From Promethearchaeota archaeon (GTDB lineage: Archaea > Asgardarchaeota > Lokiarchaeia > Sigyniarchaeales > SOKP01), in the NCBI GenBank assembly GCA_048940445.1, contig JBHLON010000026.1, positions 1 through 50,681 of the forward strand: a stretch of DNA of 50,681 nt. The letters run 5' to 3'. Made by a program: the position numbers and the translations under genes. Position 1 is the stretch's first letter. Each line of letters opens with the position of its first letter. Shown piece after piece: positions 39,795 to 50,233 of this stretch. Under the pieces are notes generated by a model, which made no database searches, had not been told where the DNA came from, and saw only the letters and a program-made list of their open reading frames with translations.

Positions 39795-41276
39795 ATGAGG
39801 ACAAAAGAAGAATTTATGAAGGATTTAAGTAAAATGAAAAGCAATGTTTTCTTCGATGGCGAAAGGATTGATCGTTTAGATGAGCGTCAGATGCCATGCA
39901 TCAATACAATCGGTACAACTTTTGATGTAGTTGATGATCCTGAATATGCGGATTTAATTCTTGCAAGATCACATCTCACAGGGGAAATAATTAATCGTTT
40001 TACGCATATTCATCAAAATACTGATGATCTTCATAGGAAGCAAGATATGACGCGAAAAATATGTCAGAAAGTTGGTGGATGTATCCAACGTTGTATGGGA
40101 TGCGATGGAACAAACGCAGTATATAATGTAAGTTATGAAGCAGATAAATCTAACAATGGTACAACTCATTATCATGATAATTTTAAAAAATGGTTATTAC
40201 GATTTCAGAAGGAAGATTTAATTGCTGCTTGTGCTCAAACTGATGTTAAAGGTGATCGAATAAAAAGACCCGCGGATCAGGAAGATCCAGATATGTACGT
40301 TCGAGTTGTGGAAAAAAAAGATGATGGAATTATAGTTCGTGGTTGCAAGCTACACATTTCAGAGGCTTCTGTATCTGATGAAATTCTGGTTGTTCCAACA
40401 AGGGCATTACGACCAGAAGATAAAGATTATGCCGTATCATTTGCTGTACCTGCAGATTACGAGGGAGTAAAACAAGTTATAACAATTCATAATTTACGCC
40501 CGAGAGAATACTTTAAACGTGGTTTTATGCCGGGGGCAACAGATTCTTATATTATTTTTGATGATGTGTTTGTGCCATGGGAGCGTGTTTTTCTATGTGG
40601 TGAATACCAACATGCGGGTGCTCTCGCGTTGTTATTTGCTCTATTCCATCGTCATAGTTATTCGGGCTGTAAACCTGCTATTGGAGATTTAATAGTTGGA
40701 ACTGCTGCTTTAGCTGCTGAATATAATAATATCCATAATACATCCCATGTCAGAAGTAAATTAGCTGAACTAATTTTGGTTGCAGAACTTGGTTATGCGG
40801 GAGGATATACAGCTTCAGATTTGGGCAAACCGGAAGTATATATGCCTGGAGTAGGATTTATCCCTTATGGTCCCGGCAGTTTCATTCCAAATTCAATTTA
40901 TTGTAATGTTGGAAGATGTCTAACAGGAGAAAATGTGTTTCGTGAAGCTGAGATCATCACGGATATTTCGGGTGGGATTCCAGCAACATTTCCTCATGAA
41001 AGAGATTTTGTAAACTCGGAACTGAAGGATCATCTATATAAATATATTACTCGAAATCCAAAAATCTCACCCGAGAATGCCGCACAGTTTTGGCGATATG
41101 TTGGTGATATGTACTGCTCAGCAACGGGAGGAGTTCATCTCTTTGGAAGTTATCATGGTGGTGGTTCTCCAGTAATGGAGAGTATTGCAATTACAACTCA
41201 GTATGATATTGAATCCAGAAAAGAGATGGTAAAAAAAATTGCTGGAATTAATGATAAATTAAATAAAGCGACTTAG
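39795..41276 (+). CDS. abfD: 4-hydroxybutyryl-CoA dehydratase-like protein (HpaB/AbfD family)
   Basis: CIQRCMGCD, TDVKGDR, HRHSYSGCK and HGGGS supply the Cys/Cys/His/Cys [4Fe-4S] ligands typical of AbfD rather than HpaB. Confidence 0.8.
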   Translation: MRTKEEFMKDLSKMKSNVFFDGERIDRLDERQMPCINTIGTTFDVVDDPEYADLILARSHLTGEIINRFTHIHQNTDDLHRKQDMTRKICQKVGGCIQRCMGCDGTNAVYNVSYEADKSNNGTTHYHDNFKKWLLRFQKEDLIAACAQTDVKGDRIKRPADQEDPDMYVRVVEKKDDGIIVRGCKLHISEASVSDEILVVPTRALRPEDKDYAVSFAVPADYEGVKQVITIHNLRPREYFKRGFMPGATDSYIIFDDVFVPWERVFLCGEYQHAGALALLFALFHRHSYSGCKPAIGDLIVGTAALAAEYNNIHNTSHVRSKLAELILVAELGYAGGYTASDLGKPEVYMPGVGFIPYGPGSFIPNSIYCNVGRCLTGENVFREAEIITDISGGIPATFPHERDFVNSELKDHLYKYITRNPKISPENAAQFWRYVGDMYCSATGGVHLFGSYHGGGSPVMESIAITTQYDIESRKEMVKKIAGINDKLNKAT

Positions 41277-41382
41277 CTACAAAATTAATATATAATTTTT
41301 TAATTTCTTTTTAAAAATAATCACTTTACTTTATTATTCATCAATTCTAACATAATTCCTTAATAAATTTTGTTTAATATGT

Positions 41383-42759
41383 TTATGCTTTTCGTCGTTT
41401 TCTTATTAACAATATTAGTGCAATACATACTCCCATTCCACTCACCATTGAAACTACGATTATAGTTGTTATAATAATAATAGTTCCTCCATTATAAGGA
41501 TATCCTCCTAAATACTTATATTTTACTAAGGCTATATCAGCATTACCTTCACCGTAACTATATGTACTTCCCTCAAGATACACATTACCCTTCGAATCCA
41601 TCGCTATTCCTAAGCAACCATCAACATCTCCTCCACCCCAAGTGCAATTCCATTGTTGAATACCATCTTCATTGTAGTTTACCAAAACCATATCAATAGT
41701 CCCTACCCCAAAACTATATGTATATCCCCCAAGATACACATTACCCGACGAATCTACCACCAATCCTTCACCTGAATCGATGTTAACTCCCCCCCAAGTA
41801 CGGTTCCATTGTTGTACTCCGTTTCCATCATATTTTACTACAACTATATCGCTAGATCCAGCTCCAAAACTATATGTATTTCCTGCAAGATACACATTAC
41901 CTAATGAATCTACCGTCACTCCTTGGTCATAATCTGCATCAGCTCCACCCCAGGTACGGTTCCATTGCTGTACTCCCATTCCATTATATTTCACTACAAC
42001 AATATCGTCAGATCCAGCTCCAAAACTACTTGTAAATCCCCCACAATATACATTGCCTAATGAATCTACCGCCACTCCATTGCCATAATCTGCATCAGCT
42101 CCACCCCAGGTACGGTTCCATTGTTTTACCCCGTTTCCATCATATTTTATTACAACAATATCGCTAGATTCAGCTCCAAAACTACTTGTAACTCCTGCAC
42201 AATATACATTACCTGATGAGTCTACCGCCACTCCGTAGCTTCTATCATCATCAACTCCACCCCAGGTACGATTCCATTGTTGTACCCCGTTTCCGTCATA
42301 TTTTACTAAAAGTATATCGGTAGATCCAGCTCCAAAACTATGTGTACTTCCTCCGCAATATACATTACCTGATGAGTCTACCGCCACTGCATCGCAATAG
42401 TCTGAATTAACTCCCCCCCAGGTACGATTCCATTGCTGTACTCCCATTCCATTATATTTTACCAGAATCAAATCAAAACTTCCAGCTCCGAAACTCGCTG
42501 TATATCCCACACAAAACACATTTCCTGATGAGTCTACCGCTACTCCTTGCCCATAATCATAATCAATTCCTCCCCATGAGCGATTCCATTCATAAAGTAC
42601 ATCTTTTGTAGCAGATGAGATAGGTGTGATGTCCTTATTCCAAATATCATCATTATTTATCCCAAGAGGAAAATCAGTAAATTTAATAGAAAAATACAGC
42701 GAAGGAAAAAAGAAAACTATTATTAATCCAACTATTTTAACCTTTTTATTAGATTTCAT
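41383..42759 (-). CDS. SBBP-repeat beta-propeller surface protein with a C-terminal TM
   Basis: Seven 52-aa WNRTWGG...VAVDSSGNVY...KY repeats. Confidence 0.92.
   Translation of the reverse strand: MKSNKKVKIVGLIIVFFFPSLYFSIKFTDFPLGINNDDIWNKDITPISSATKDVLYEWNRSWGGIDYDYGQGVAVDSSGNVFCVGYTASFGAGSFDLILVKYNGMGVQQWNRTWGGVNSDYCDAVAVDSSGNVYCGGSTHSFGAGSTDILLVKYDGNGVQQWNRTWGGVDDDRSYGVAVDSSGNVYCAGVTSSFGAESSDIVVIKYDGNGVKQWNRTWGGADADYGNGVAVDSLGNVYCGGFTSSFGAGSDDIVVVKYNGMGVQQWNRTWGGADADYDQGVTVDSLGNVYLAGNTYSFGAGSSDIVVVKYDGNGVQQWNRTWGGVNIDSGEGLVVDSSGNVYLGGYTYSFGVGTIDMVLVNYNEDGIQQWNCTWGGGDVDGCLGIAMDSKGNVYLEGSTYSYGEGNADIALVKYKYLGGYPYNGGTIIIITTIIVVSMVSGMGVCIALILLIRKRRKA
41515..42590 (-). repeat. Intragenic 156-bp tandem repeat, 7 copies
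   Basis: AGCTCCACCCCAGGTACGGTTCCATTG recurs at 41941 and 42097. Confidence 0.9.
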
Positions 42760-43109
42760 TTAGATTTCACCAAAAATATCTTGAATATGTACCATAATTA
42801 TAATTATTAATATAAATATTACTGATTCTGTATTTAATTTAGAACTCGTATAACGATGGAATAAAATATTAAATAAAATAGATCATTTAAATGGGATTTC
42901 GCATATTTCTTTATTTAATTTAGTACTTGTCTCTTTTACCTTTGCAATTTTATATTGTTCATTCTTTATAGAGATTGCCACTTACTACGGAACTTAATTA
43001 ATAATTTGGAGATAATTCTGATTGCTTTAAAATCAATGGTGTTACTCTTTCAAACACTAATTTTACATTTTTCCCAATTTGATAGATATTTCCATGAATT
43101 TCGCTAAAT

Positions 43110-43574
43110 CTATTTAAAGTTTACAAATGGAGTTGCACTGGTAGAACGTAATTTTCTATGGGGCTCTGTATATTCATTATCACCATTGAAAAATCTATCT
43201 AATTTTCCCTTTAATTCTTTCACTGAACGTTTTAGAATTAATCTGATCCACGCTAAGTTTATATTAGGTCCAGATATGAGAGAAATTACTCCATTAGAAC
43301 CACAACTAGCCACAAACATTTTACCTTCGGAAAATTCGCTAGTAATAAGCTTCAAACCTCCAAGTCTAAGGTTAGTACCTTGGTCTTCTGACGCTGCGAA
43401 TATTGCACTAGCCGTCGCTCCTATTTCATCAATATCTATAGGGAAATAGCTAAACTTAGACACACTTGCAATAATTAACCCTGTTCTATCAACCAGCATG
43501 ACTTTTTTAATTCCTGGCTCTGATTTAATAATCTTACTTAAAATTTTATCAAAACTTATTAATACTACACTAAT
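43110..43574 (-). CDS. Roadblock/LC7 (MglB-like) protein; frame is open upstream of the called ATG (43499), probable ATT start at 43574
   Basis: FDKILSKIIKSEPGIKKV-MLVDRTGLIIAS...IGATASAIF...L..I..EF..G..F...NL..IRL. Confidence 0.85.
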   Translation of the reverse strand: MSVVLISFDKILSKIIKSEPGIKKVMLVDRTGLIIASVSKFSYFPIDIDEIGATASAIFAASEDQGTNLRLGGLKLITSEFSEGKMFVASCGSNGVISLISGPNINLAWIRLILKRSVKELKGKLDRFFNGDNEYTEPHRKLRSTSATPFVNFK

Positions 43575-43767
43575 GTTAATGCACCGTTTTATGATACATC
43601 AAATTTATTCCTCTATATTGTTACATATTCAATCAGAATTAATAAATAAAATGTAGCTTAAAGGTTCAAATGTATTTATAAGTGGAAAAAATTAATATCG
43701 TTTAATAATAATTAGTTCTGATATATTGAATCAAAAATGAACGTAATACTTCATTAAAGATCTCAGA

Positions 43768-44595
43768 TTAACCTCTAAATCTTTTTTGCAGTGTCTTTTC
43801 ATGTAGTATAAACGCCAACAAAAGAAAACTGAATCCAAATATTAAAAGATACCCAAAATCAATCAATAAACCAAAGGATCCAAAGACACTAAGTTTTCCA
43901 AAACTTGTATTTAAAATATCCAAGAAATATGTTAAAGGCGAAACTAGTACGATCGGATTTATTATAATAGGCATAAATAATGGGCTAATGAATATTAAAG
44001 GAAATTTTACTAATATGGTAAGAATCATAGTTGAGGCTGGAGTGTCTGTAGGAGGTGCTGATAAAATTAAACTAAAAGAAGAAAATGAAAATGCTGATAA
44101 TAAGATTCCGGGTATTAAGATCAATAAATTAATAGTTTTCCATAACTCAAAAAAGGCTATACCTAAAATTAGAGGAACTGTGGCAAATATACATCCAAAA
44201 ATGAACGAACTCCAAACATTTCCTAGAAGAATTGTTTTGATTGAAATTGGACAAGTAATTAATCGTTCAAGAGTTTTCTGTCTCGTTTCCCATGGGAAAA
44301 CTACCGGTCCAATAGAAGTAGAAGTCAAAAAAAGGACCATTGTCATTAAACCGGAAATAATGTAAATTGGGATGATTTCTCTTCCAACTGTGAATGCTAA
44401 GAATAGCATAATCGGAAAAAGTATCCCTTGAATGACTACTGGACCTTTATTATAATAGATACGTAAATCTTTCTTACTTACTGCAAAGGAGCGTTTAATT
44501 TGAGAAAGAAAGATTTCAAATTTTGATTGTTTTTCAAATATATCTTCTTTAATTATTCTCACCATCTTTAATTGCATTAATAAATACTTCTTCAA
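43768..44595 (-). CDS. ABC-2 exporter permease, paralog of 1201..2001 (true start ~44553-44565)
   Basis: Near-identical protein to the first copy. Confidence 0.9.
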   Translation of the reverse strand: MKKYLLMQLKMVRIIKEDIFEKQSKFEIFLSQIKRSFAVSKKDLRIYYNKGPVVIQGILFPIMLFLAFTVGREIIPIYIISGLMTMVLFLTSTSIGPVVFPWETRQKTLERLITCPISIKTILLGNVWSSFIFGCIFATVPLILGIAFFELWKTINLLILIPGILLSAFSFSSFSLILSAPPTDTPASTMILTILVKFPLIFISPLFMPIIINPIVLVSPLTYFLDILNTSFGKLSVFGSFGLLIDFGYLLIFGFSFLLLAFILHEKTLQKRFRG

Positions 44596-45484
44596 GGGAT
44601 GGTTCTGGTGTATTAATTTTTATAATTTCAATATTTTTAGACCTAGTTAAATTGATTAACTGAACAATAGCTTTATCTAAGTCATTAACAATTATGTGAT
44701 AAAAGTCTTTTACTTTATTGACCTTATTAATCCCGTCTAGATTTTTAAAGCTGTTAATATCGATTTCTTTAGAGAGATATAAATCAACTGATTGACATTC
44801 TTTTTCTATTGTGCGTAAATTCTTAGGAGTATCTAATTTTATAATTTTGCCTTTATTGATTATTGCGATTCTATCACATAATTCATTTGCAACATCCATA
44901 TTATGTGTAGTCAAAAATATTGTCATTCCATTTTGATTATATTCTTTGATTAAATTTTTTATAATAATACTTGATTGAACATCTAAACCCGAAGTAGGTT
45001 CATCTAAGAATAAAATCTTTGGTTCACTCATAAGAGCCATACATAATAACAATCGCTGCTTCATTCCTTTAGAATATTTTTTTGCTATATTATCTCTTCT
45101 TTCAAATAATTCGAATTTTTTAAGAAGTCTTAAAGCTCTTTCTTTTCTTTTTTCTTTGGAAATACCATAAAGTTCCCCAATAAATTCAAGATTCTTTATT
45201 CCTGTTAAATCCATATAAACGTTAGATTCTTCGGGGACATTTCCAATAATCTCTTTAACCAAGATTTGGTTTTTCCAAACATCTTTCCCATAAATTTCAA
45301 TATTACCTGAGGTAGGTTTTAAAACGCCTGTCATCATTCGGATTGTAGTAGTTTTTCCCGCCCCATTCGGACCAAGAAATCCGAAAATCTCTCCATGTTG
45401 TACAGCGAAATTAACATTATTAACTGCTTTTATTTCACCAAAATGTTTTGAGAGATTATTTACATAAATCACATTCGAATCCAT
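44549..45484 (-). CDS. ABC exporter ATP-binding protein, paralog of 1982..2917
   Basis: GPNGAGKTT, YSKGM, LFLDEPT; also 311 aa. Confidence 0.95.
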   Translation of the reverse strand: MDSNVIYVNNLSKHFGEIKAVNNVNFAVQHGEIFGFLGPNGAGKTTTIRMMTGVLKPTSGNIEIYGKDVWKNQILVKEIIGNVPEESNVYMDLTGIKNLEFIGELYGISKEKRKERALRLLKKFELFERRDNIAKKYSKGMKQRLLLCMALMSEPKILFLDEPTSGLDVQSSIIIKNLIKEYNQNGMTIFLTTHNMDVANELCDRIAIINKGKIIKLDTPKNLRTIEKECQSVDLYLSKEIDINSFKNLDGINKVNKVKDFYHIIVNDLDKAIVQLINLTRSKNIEIIKINTPEPSLEEVFINAIKDGENN

Positions 45485-45703
45485 TTGTAGACACCTTAAC
45501 TAAACTATTATCTCATTGGTTTTATTTTTTGTGGAGATTATTGATACTCTCTTAAACCATAACTAAAAATGATAAATTGCGATCTTTTTGAGATTTAACT
45601 TTGAACAGAAGAACATTATTTTTTTTAGATGCTTCCATAAACAATATTAGTAATACTAGATTGCAAAATAGTATGAAATAAATATATTTTAACTTATAAC
45701 GAT

Positions 45704-46312
45704 ATGCCTGATTATACATTAAGACCAATTGGTTTTGTAAAGAGTAAAGCAGATAAGGAAGTCCTAAAGTACTCAAATAAGGACATAAAATTAGATTTTG
45801 ATGTAGTCTTAAATCAAGGAAGTGATTTGAAGAAATCTGAGATTATAATAAATAAAGAATACCAAGATTGCTTAGATGGAATTGAAGATTTTTCTCATAT
45901 CATCATATTGTTTTGGACTCATAAAGTTCCTGAAAATGCGCGCCAAATTAAAAAAGTACATCCAGCTGGATTAAAGCAAATGCCAATTAAGGGAATATTT
46001 GCTACACGATCTCCAGTAAGGCCGAATTTGATTTGTAAAACTACTGTTAAACTAATTGAAAGAAAAGGAACTACATTAATCGTAGAAGGATTAGATGCCA
46101 TAGATAATACACCTGTAATTGATATAAAGCCACATATACCCTTTTATGATTCACCTCTAAATGTCAAACTAGCAAATTGGATGTATCAATTGATGCAGAA
46201 CTTGAAGGAATTAACAAGTTCCTTAGAGGTTGGCGAAACTCCAAACCCATATTCTATTGATATTCGTTTACATCCTTGTTTAAGTCCCGACCAACAAAAG
46301 AGTGAACCTTAA
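45704..46312 (+). CDS. trmO: TsaA/TrmO-family tRNA m6t6A37 methyltransferase-like protein
   Basis: LRPIG.V, L.G.E.FSH, GIFATRSP.RPN, GLDA.D.TPV.DIKP. Confidence 0.85.
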   Translation: MPDYTLRPIGFVKSKADKEVLKYSNKDIKLDFDVVLNQGSDLKKSEIIINKEYQDCLDGIEDFSHIIILFWTHKVPENARQIKKVHPAGLKQMPIKGIFATRSPVRPNLICKTTVKLIERKGTTLIVEGLDAIDNTPVIDIKPHIPFYDSPLNVKLANWMYQLMQNLKELTSSLEVGETPNPYSIDIRLHPCLSPDQQKSEP

Positions 46313-46382
46313 ATAGGAAACTAAGCTAATAATGGTATTCATTTTTACTATAAAATCAGATAATCTGCATTGAAATGTTAAT

Positions 46383-46802
46383 ATGATAATTGAAAAATTG
46401 TTTCCAATTAGTATCAACCCTAATTTATGTGTAAGATGTCAGCGTTGTATGTATAGTTGTCATCCAAAAGCTATTTTTTTTAAAGATTCAATTCGCTACG
46501 TAGATTATGATAAATGTGAAGGATGCTTAAAATGCGTAGATGTGTGCGAACGGGGAGCTATCGAAGTTATTTCAATTGAGGAGGGTAAATTAAAAGGATT
46601 TGATATAAATCCGGATAAATGTAACCTTTGTAAGGTTTGTTTAAGTTACGATTTTTGTTTTCATCAATTATTTGAACTTCAAAAAAATGAAAATGGAGAA
46701 GAATACATTATATTTCAGAAAAAAAACTATTCGGAATGCTATAAATGCTTAAAATGTTTTAAAAACTGTCCTAATAATGCCATCATACCAGAAATAGATT
46801 AA
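46383..46802 (+). CDS. Polyferredoxin (4 x 4Fe-4S motifs)
   Basis: CVRCQRCMYSC, CEGCLKCVDVC, CNLCKVC...C, CYKCLKCFKNCP. Confidence 0.9.
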   Translation: MIIEKLFPISINPNLCVRCQRCMYSCHPKAIFFKDSIRYVDYDKCEGCLKCVDVCERGAIEVISIEEGKLKGFDINPDKCNLCKVCLSYDFCFHQLFELQKNENGEEYIIFQKKNYSECYKCLKCFKNCPNNAIIPEID

Positions 46803-46822
46803 TTAAGAAATTACTTCTCAAA

Positions 46823-48001
46823 TTATAAGCGATTAATTTTTCCATCTTTTATGATGAAATGTTCTACCAATATTTTTGGATTCTTGCTAATTGTTTTCAT
46901 TACTTGTTGTTGAAGATTTTTAGCGTGGTTAAGAATTTTAAAGGACGGTTTTTCTCCTATTGCAATTTGGGCTAATTCTGTAATGTAATAAGACTTGATA
47001 TTTCTTTCAATGGCATAAGGAGATAATGTGGTTAGACACCCCGTACAGATATGAGCTATTGCTTCCGTATTGACATCCTCAGCTTCAGAAATTCTCTTTT
47101 TAGCAATATTTGTTGCTAATGAACGGTTTGATATGGAAAGTGGAGCTCCACAACATAGAGAGAACTCCTTATTGTGTTTCATCTCGACCATTTCTGCACC
47201 AATAATTTCAAGAAATTCACGAGGCCCATCATATATTTTCTTATCTAATGATCTCCAAGGACATGGATCTTGGAAAGTTATTCTTTGGTGAATCTTATTT
47301 TTTATGTTAAATTCATCATTATGATACTTTTCAATCAAATAATCTATGACAGTTTGTCCATCTATATTAAAACCATCAATAATAGAAGGATAAACACCTC
47401 TAATCATAATATCGCATCCTGGACAGAATGTAATAAGTTTTTCAACACCAAGTTTGTTGAACTTTTCACATAATTCTAATCCTTTGATCCTAGCTTCCTC
47501 TTTGCCAAAAAGCGAATAAATATAGCCACCACAGCAATATTTCATTCCGCCTAATATAGGTCGTTTCTCAAATAATTTACTTTTAGCAAGATCTGGAAAA
47601 CAGTAGGGAATGGCGCAACCTACATAAAACATTTGATTGTTTTTTGGAGGATTTTCATAGTGTATCAAATCATGCTTTTTAGCGTCAGTATCAATTTCTA
47701 GCGCAATTGACATTAAATTATTAGGTATTTCTTCCGTTATAAGAGCTATACATCGTGCACCTTTTTCCTGATGAGCCTTCAATCGTATCTCTCTTATAAG
47801 TTCATATGGATTAGACCCTGTAGGGCATATAACATTGCAGTAAGAGCAGCCTGCACAATTCTTGATTATCTTTCGTGAGCTTCTTGTCTCAATCATTTTA
47901 AAAATTTCTTCTTTAGCTCTATCTATCGGCAATTGCAGAAAAGGGCATTGTTCAAGACAAGTACCACACTGCTGGCAAGTTTTTTCATTATAACCATTCA
48001 T
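46823..48001 (-). CDS. Fe-S oxidoreductase with two CCG domains (HdrD/GlpC-like)
   Basis: Two ferredoxin motifs, CCGG/CPGC, FQDPC/CCGA/CTGC. Confidence 0.9.
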   Translation of the reverse strand: MNGYNEKTCQQCGTCLEQCPFLQLPIDRAKEEIFKMIETRSSRKIIKNCAGCSYCNVICPTGSNPYELIREIRLKAHQEKGARCIALITEEIPNNLMSIALEIDTDAKKHDLIHYENPPKNNQMFYVGCAIPYCFPDLAKSKLFEKRPILGGMKYCCGGYIYSLFGKEEARIKGLELCEKFNKLGVEKLITFCPGCDIMIRGVYPSIIDGFNIDGQTVIDYLIEKYHNDEFNIKNKIHQRITFQDPCPWRSLDKKIYDGPREFLEIIGAEMVEMKHNKEFSLCCGAPLSISNRSLATNIAKKRISEAEDVNTEAIAHICTGCLTTLSPYAIERNIKSYYITELAQIAIGEKPSFKILNHAKNLQQQVMKTISKNPKILVEHFIIKDGKINRL

Positions 48002-48218
48002 GGCCTCAAATAATTAGAATAATATTAAAAAAATGCTTATGATAAAACCGAGTGAAAGAGAGATAAAAACTTTTATTAATTGATTAAAGCTAATTGAAAC
48101 ATTAAAAAGGGATTTTATTTTTTGTAAGTCTTTCTTGAATATTTATCCAAAATTCTTAATCGATTATTTTACAACTTAATCAAACATATCGCTTCTTGAT
48201 CAGTAAAGAATTAAATAC

Positions 48219-49901
48219 ATGAAAAATCTATTCTATCTAATTTTTCAAAAATCTAGTTTTAAATTAAATTGTAAAATTGATGTTACAATGTCGAAAAGAA
48301 ACCGTAACAAGATTTTAATTGTATTTTTTGTTTCACTTTTAACACTCTTTATTGTAAATACATTTTCTTTGAAAATCGCTCCTCTAAAAGATTTTAATCA
48401 AAGTACTCATAGATTAAGTACATCTGATACTTTGATTCCTAATGATTTAGTAATTTGTAATGCTACTAATGATCAAGGTTCTTTTAAAACTTGTAGTGAT
48501 GGTTCAGGGGGAATGATCATTGCTTGGTGTGATCATAGAAATGGTGTTTATACTGATATTTATGCTCAACGATTCAATTCAACTGGAGATATAAAATGGG
48601 CTTTAAATGGAGTCCCGATATGTACAGCAGATCTTGATCAATCTGGTATAGATATTTGTAGTGATGGAGTAGGAGGAGCAATTATTGCCTGGACTGATGA
48701 AAGAAATGGAGATCAAGATGTTTATGCTCAAAGAATTAACGCAAATGGAAATGTGATGTGGGATTATAATGGAATATGTATATGTAATGCTTTAGATGTT
48801 CAATATTTTAATTATATATGTAGTGACGGTCATGAAGGTGCTATTATTACTTGGATGGATAATAGAAATAGCTTTTATTCAGACGTTTACGCTCAAAGAG
48901 TAAATTCAACTGGTGATATACAATGGAATGTCAATGGGATTCCTATATGTACAGCAAATGAATTTCAAAGGACTGTAGGTATTGAAAGTGACGAGAATGG
49001 CGGTGGGATAATTATTTGGCAAGACGAGAGAAGTGGTGTTGAAGATATTTATGGTCAAAGAGTAGCTCCAAATGGGAGCATCTTATGGGACTTTAATGGT
49101 AAAGCTATATGTACTCAAGCTTATAATCAATATGTCGTTAAAATGTGTTCTGATAATCAAGGAGGTATTTTCCTTGCATGGCAGAATTGGTGGAGTCCTC
49201 TTGGAAGGTACGCTATTTATGCACAATGGGTTAATTCATCAGGAGACATACAATGGGCACCTGATGGTAATACAATTTGTTACTTTTCGGGATTCGATGG
49301 TAATCGAGGGATTCCTGATATATGTGTTGATGGTAATGGAGGTGCTCTAATAGCTTGGCCTGATTCGAGAGGATGGATTTCTGATGACATTTACGTCCAA
49401 AAAGTTAATTCATCAGGGGACATACAGTGGACACCCAATGGTACACCTGTTTGTACGGCAGAAAGTAATCAAGATAACGCTCGGGTATGCAACGATGGTA
49501 ATGGCGGAGCAATTATAATTTGGAGTGATTTTAGGAATAATGTGGATTCAAATATTTATGCTCAACGGATAAGCTCTACTGGAGATCCACTCTGGACATT
49601 TAATGGTCAAGCTATTTGTATACTAAATGAAACACAACAATATCCTCAGATTTACGAGGATGGATTTGGAGGAGCGATAATGATTTGGGAAGATTTACGA
49701 AATGGTGTTGACTTAGACATTTATGCTCAAAGAGTAAATTCAACAGGTGATATTCAATGGGTAACAAAAACTATGAATGGAAATAATGGTGAAGTGCCTA
49801 ACATTCCATTTGGGAACTATTTTGTAATAATCGTAATTATTAGCTCTTTGGCTCTTGCTTATTTCAAGAAAAAGCAGTTATCTATTAAAAAAGCAATTTA
49901 A
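48219..49901 (+). CDS. Surface repeat protein (about 8 DG.GG.II.W.D.R...DIYAQR repeats, propeller-like) with an IPFG-TM anchor; start probably 48288
   Basis: About 55-aa repeats; signal-like N-terminus; IPFGNY + TM + KKK. Confidence 0.88.
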   Translation: MKNLFYLIFQKSSFKLNCKIDVTMSKRNRNKILIVFFVSLLTLFIVNTFSLKIAPLKDFNQSTHRLSTSDTLIPNDLVICNATNDQGSFKTCSDGSGGMIIAWCDHRNGVYTDIYAQRFNSTGDIKWALNGVPICTADLDQSGIDICSDGVGGAIIAWTDERNGDQDVYAQRINANGNVMWDYNGICICNALDVQYFNYICSDGHEGAIITWMDNRNSFYSDVYAQRVNSTGDIQWNVNGIPICTANEFQRTVGIESDENGGGIIIWQDERSGVEDIYGQRVAPNGSILWDFNGKAICTQAYNQYVVKMCSDNQGGIFLAWQNWWSPLGRYAIYAQWVNSSGDIQWAPDGNTICYFSGFDGNRGIPDICVDGNGGALIAWPDSRGWISDDIYVQKVNSSGDIQWTPNGTPVCTAESNQDNARVCNDGNGGAIIIWSDFRNNVDSNIYAQRISSTGDPLWTFNGQAICILNETQQYPQIYEDGFGGAIMIWEDLRNGVDLDIYAQRVNSTGDIQWVTKTMNGNNGEVPNIPFGNYFVIIVIISSLALAYFKKKQLSIKKAI

Positions 49902-50233
49902 ACTTTATTTTTTTTTAATTCTTTCTAAGTACCTTTACAACATAATCTTATAATGAAAAATAGGAAATGATATCAAAAAAATGGTTTTAGATTATATTTA
50001 AAATTATAACTATCTTACTTTAATGTATAACCCACATTAATTATAGTTAAATCGCATAGACAAACTGCTAAAATGGTTTTTTGAATCTAATGATCATATA
50101 ATGTAATTTAATCCACATTAAAGTCGAAGCACCATAGAACTATCGGAACTATAATTATAAATGGATTAGTATTTACATCTTTCATTAAGATATGTAATAT
50201 GATCTCTTAAAAATTAAAAAAAGTGATAAAAAA

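Noticed and set aside
2274-49350. Other short overlapping ORFs in the track (e.g. 2274, 4354, 6060, 6252, 12299, 16803, 20986, 26437, 32240, 43186, 45552, 47070, 49072)
   Set aside because: They overlap well-supported genes, antisense or out of frame, and carry no recognisable motifs.
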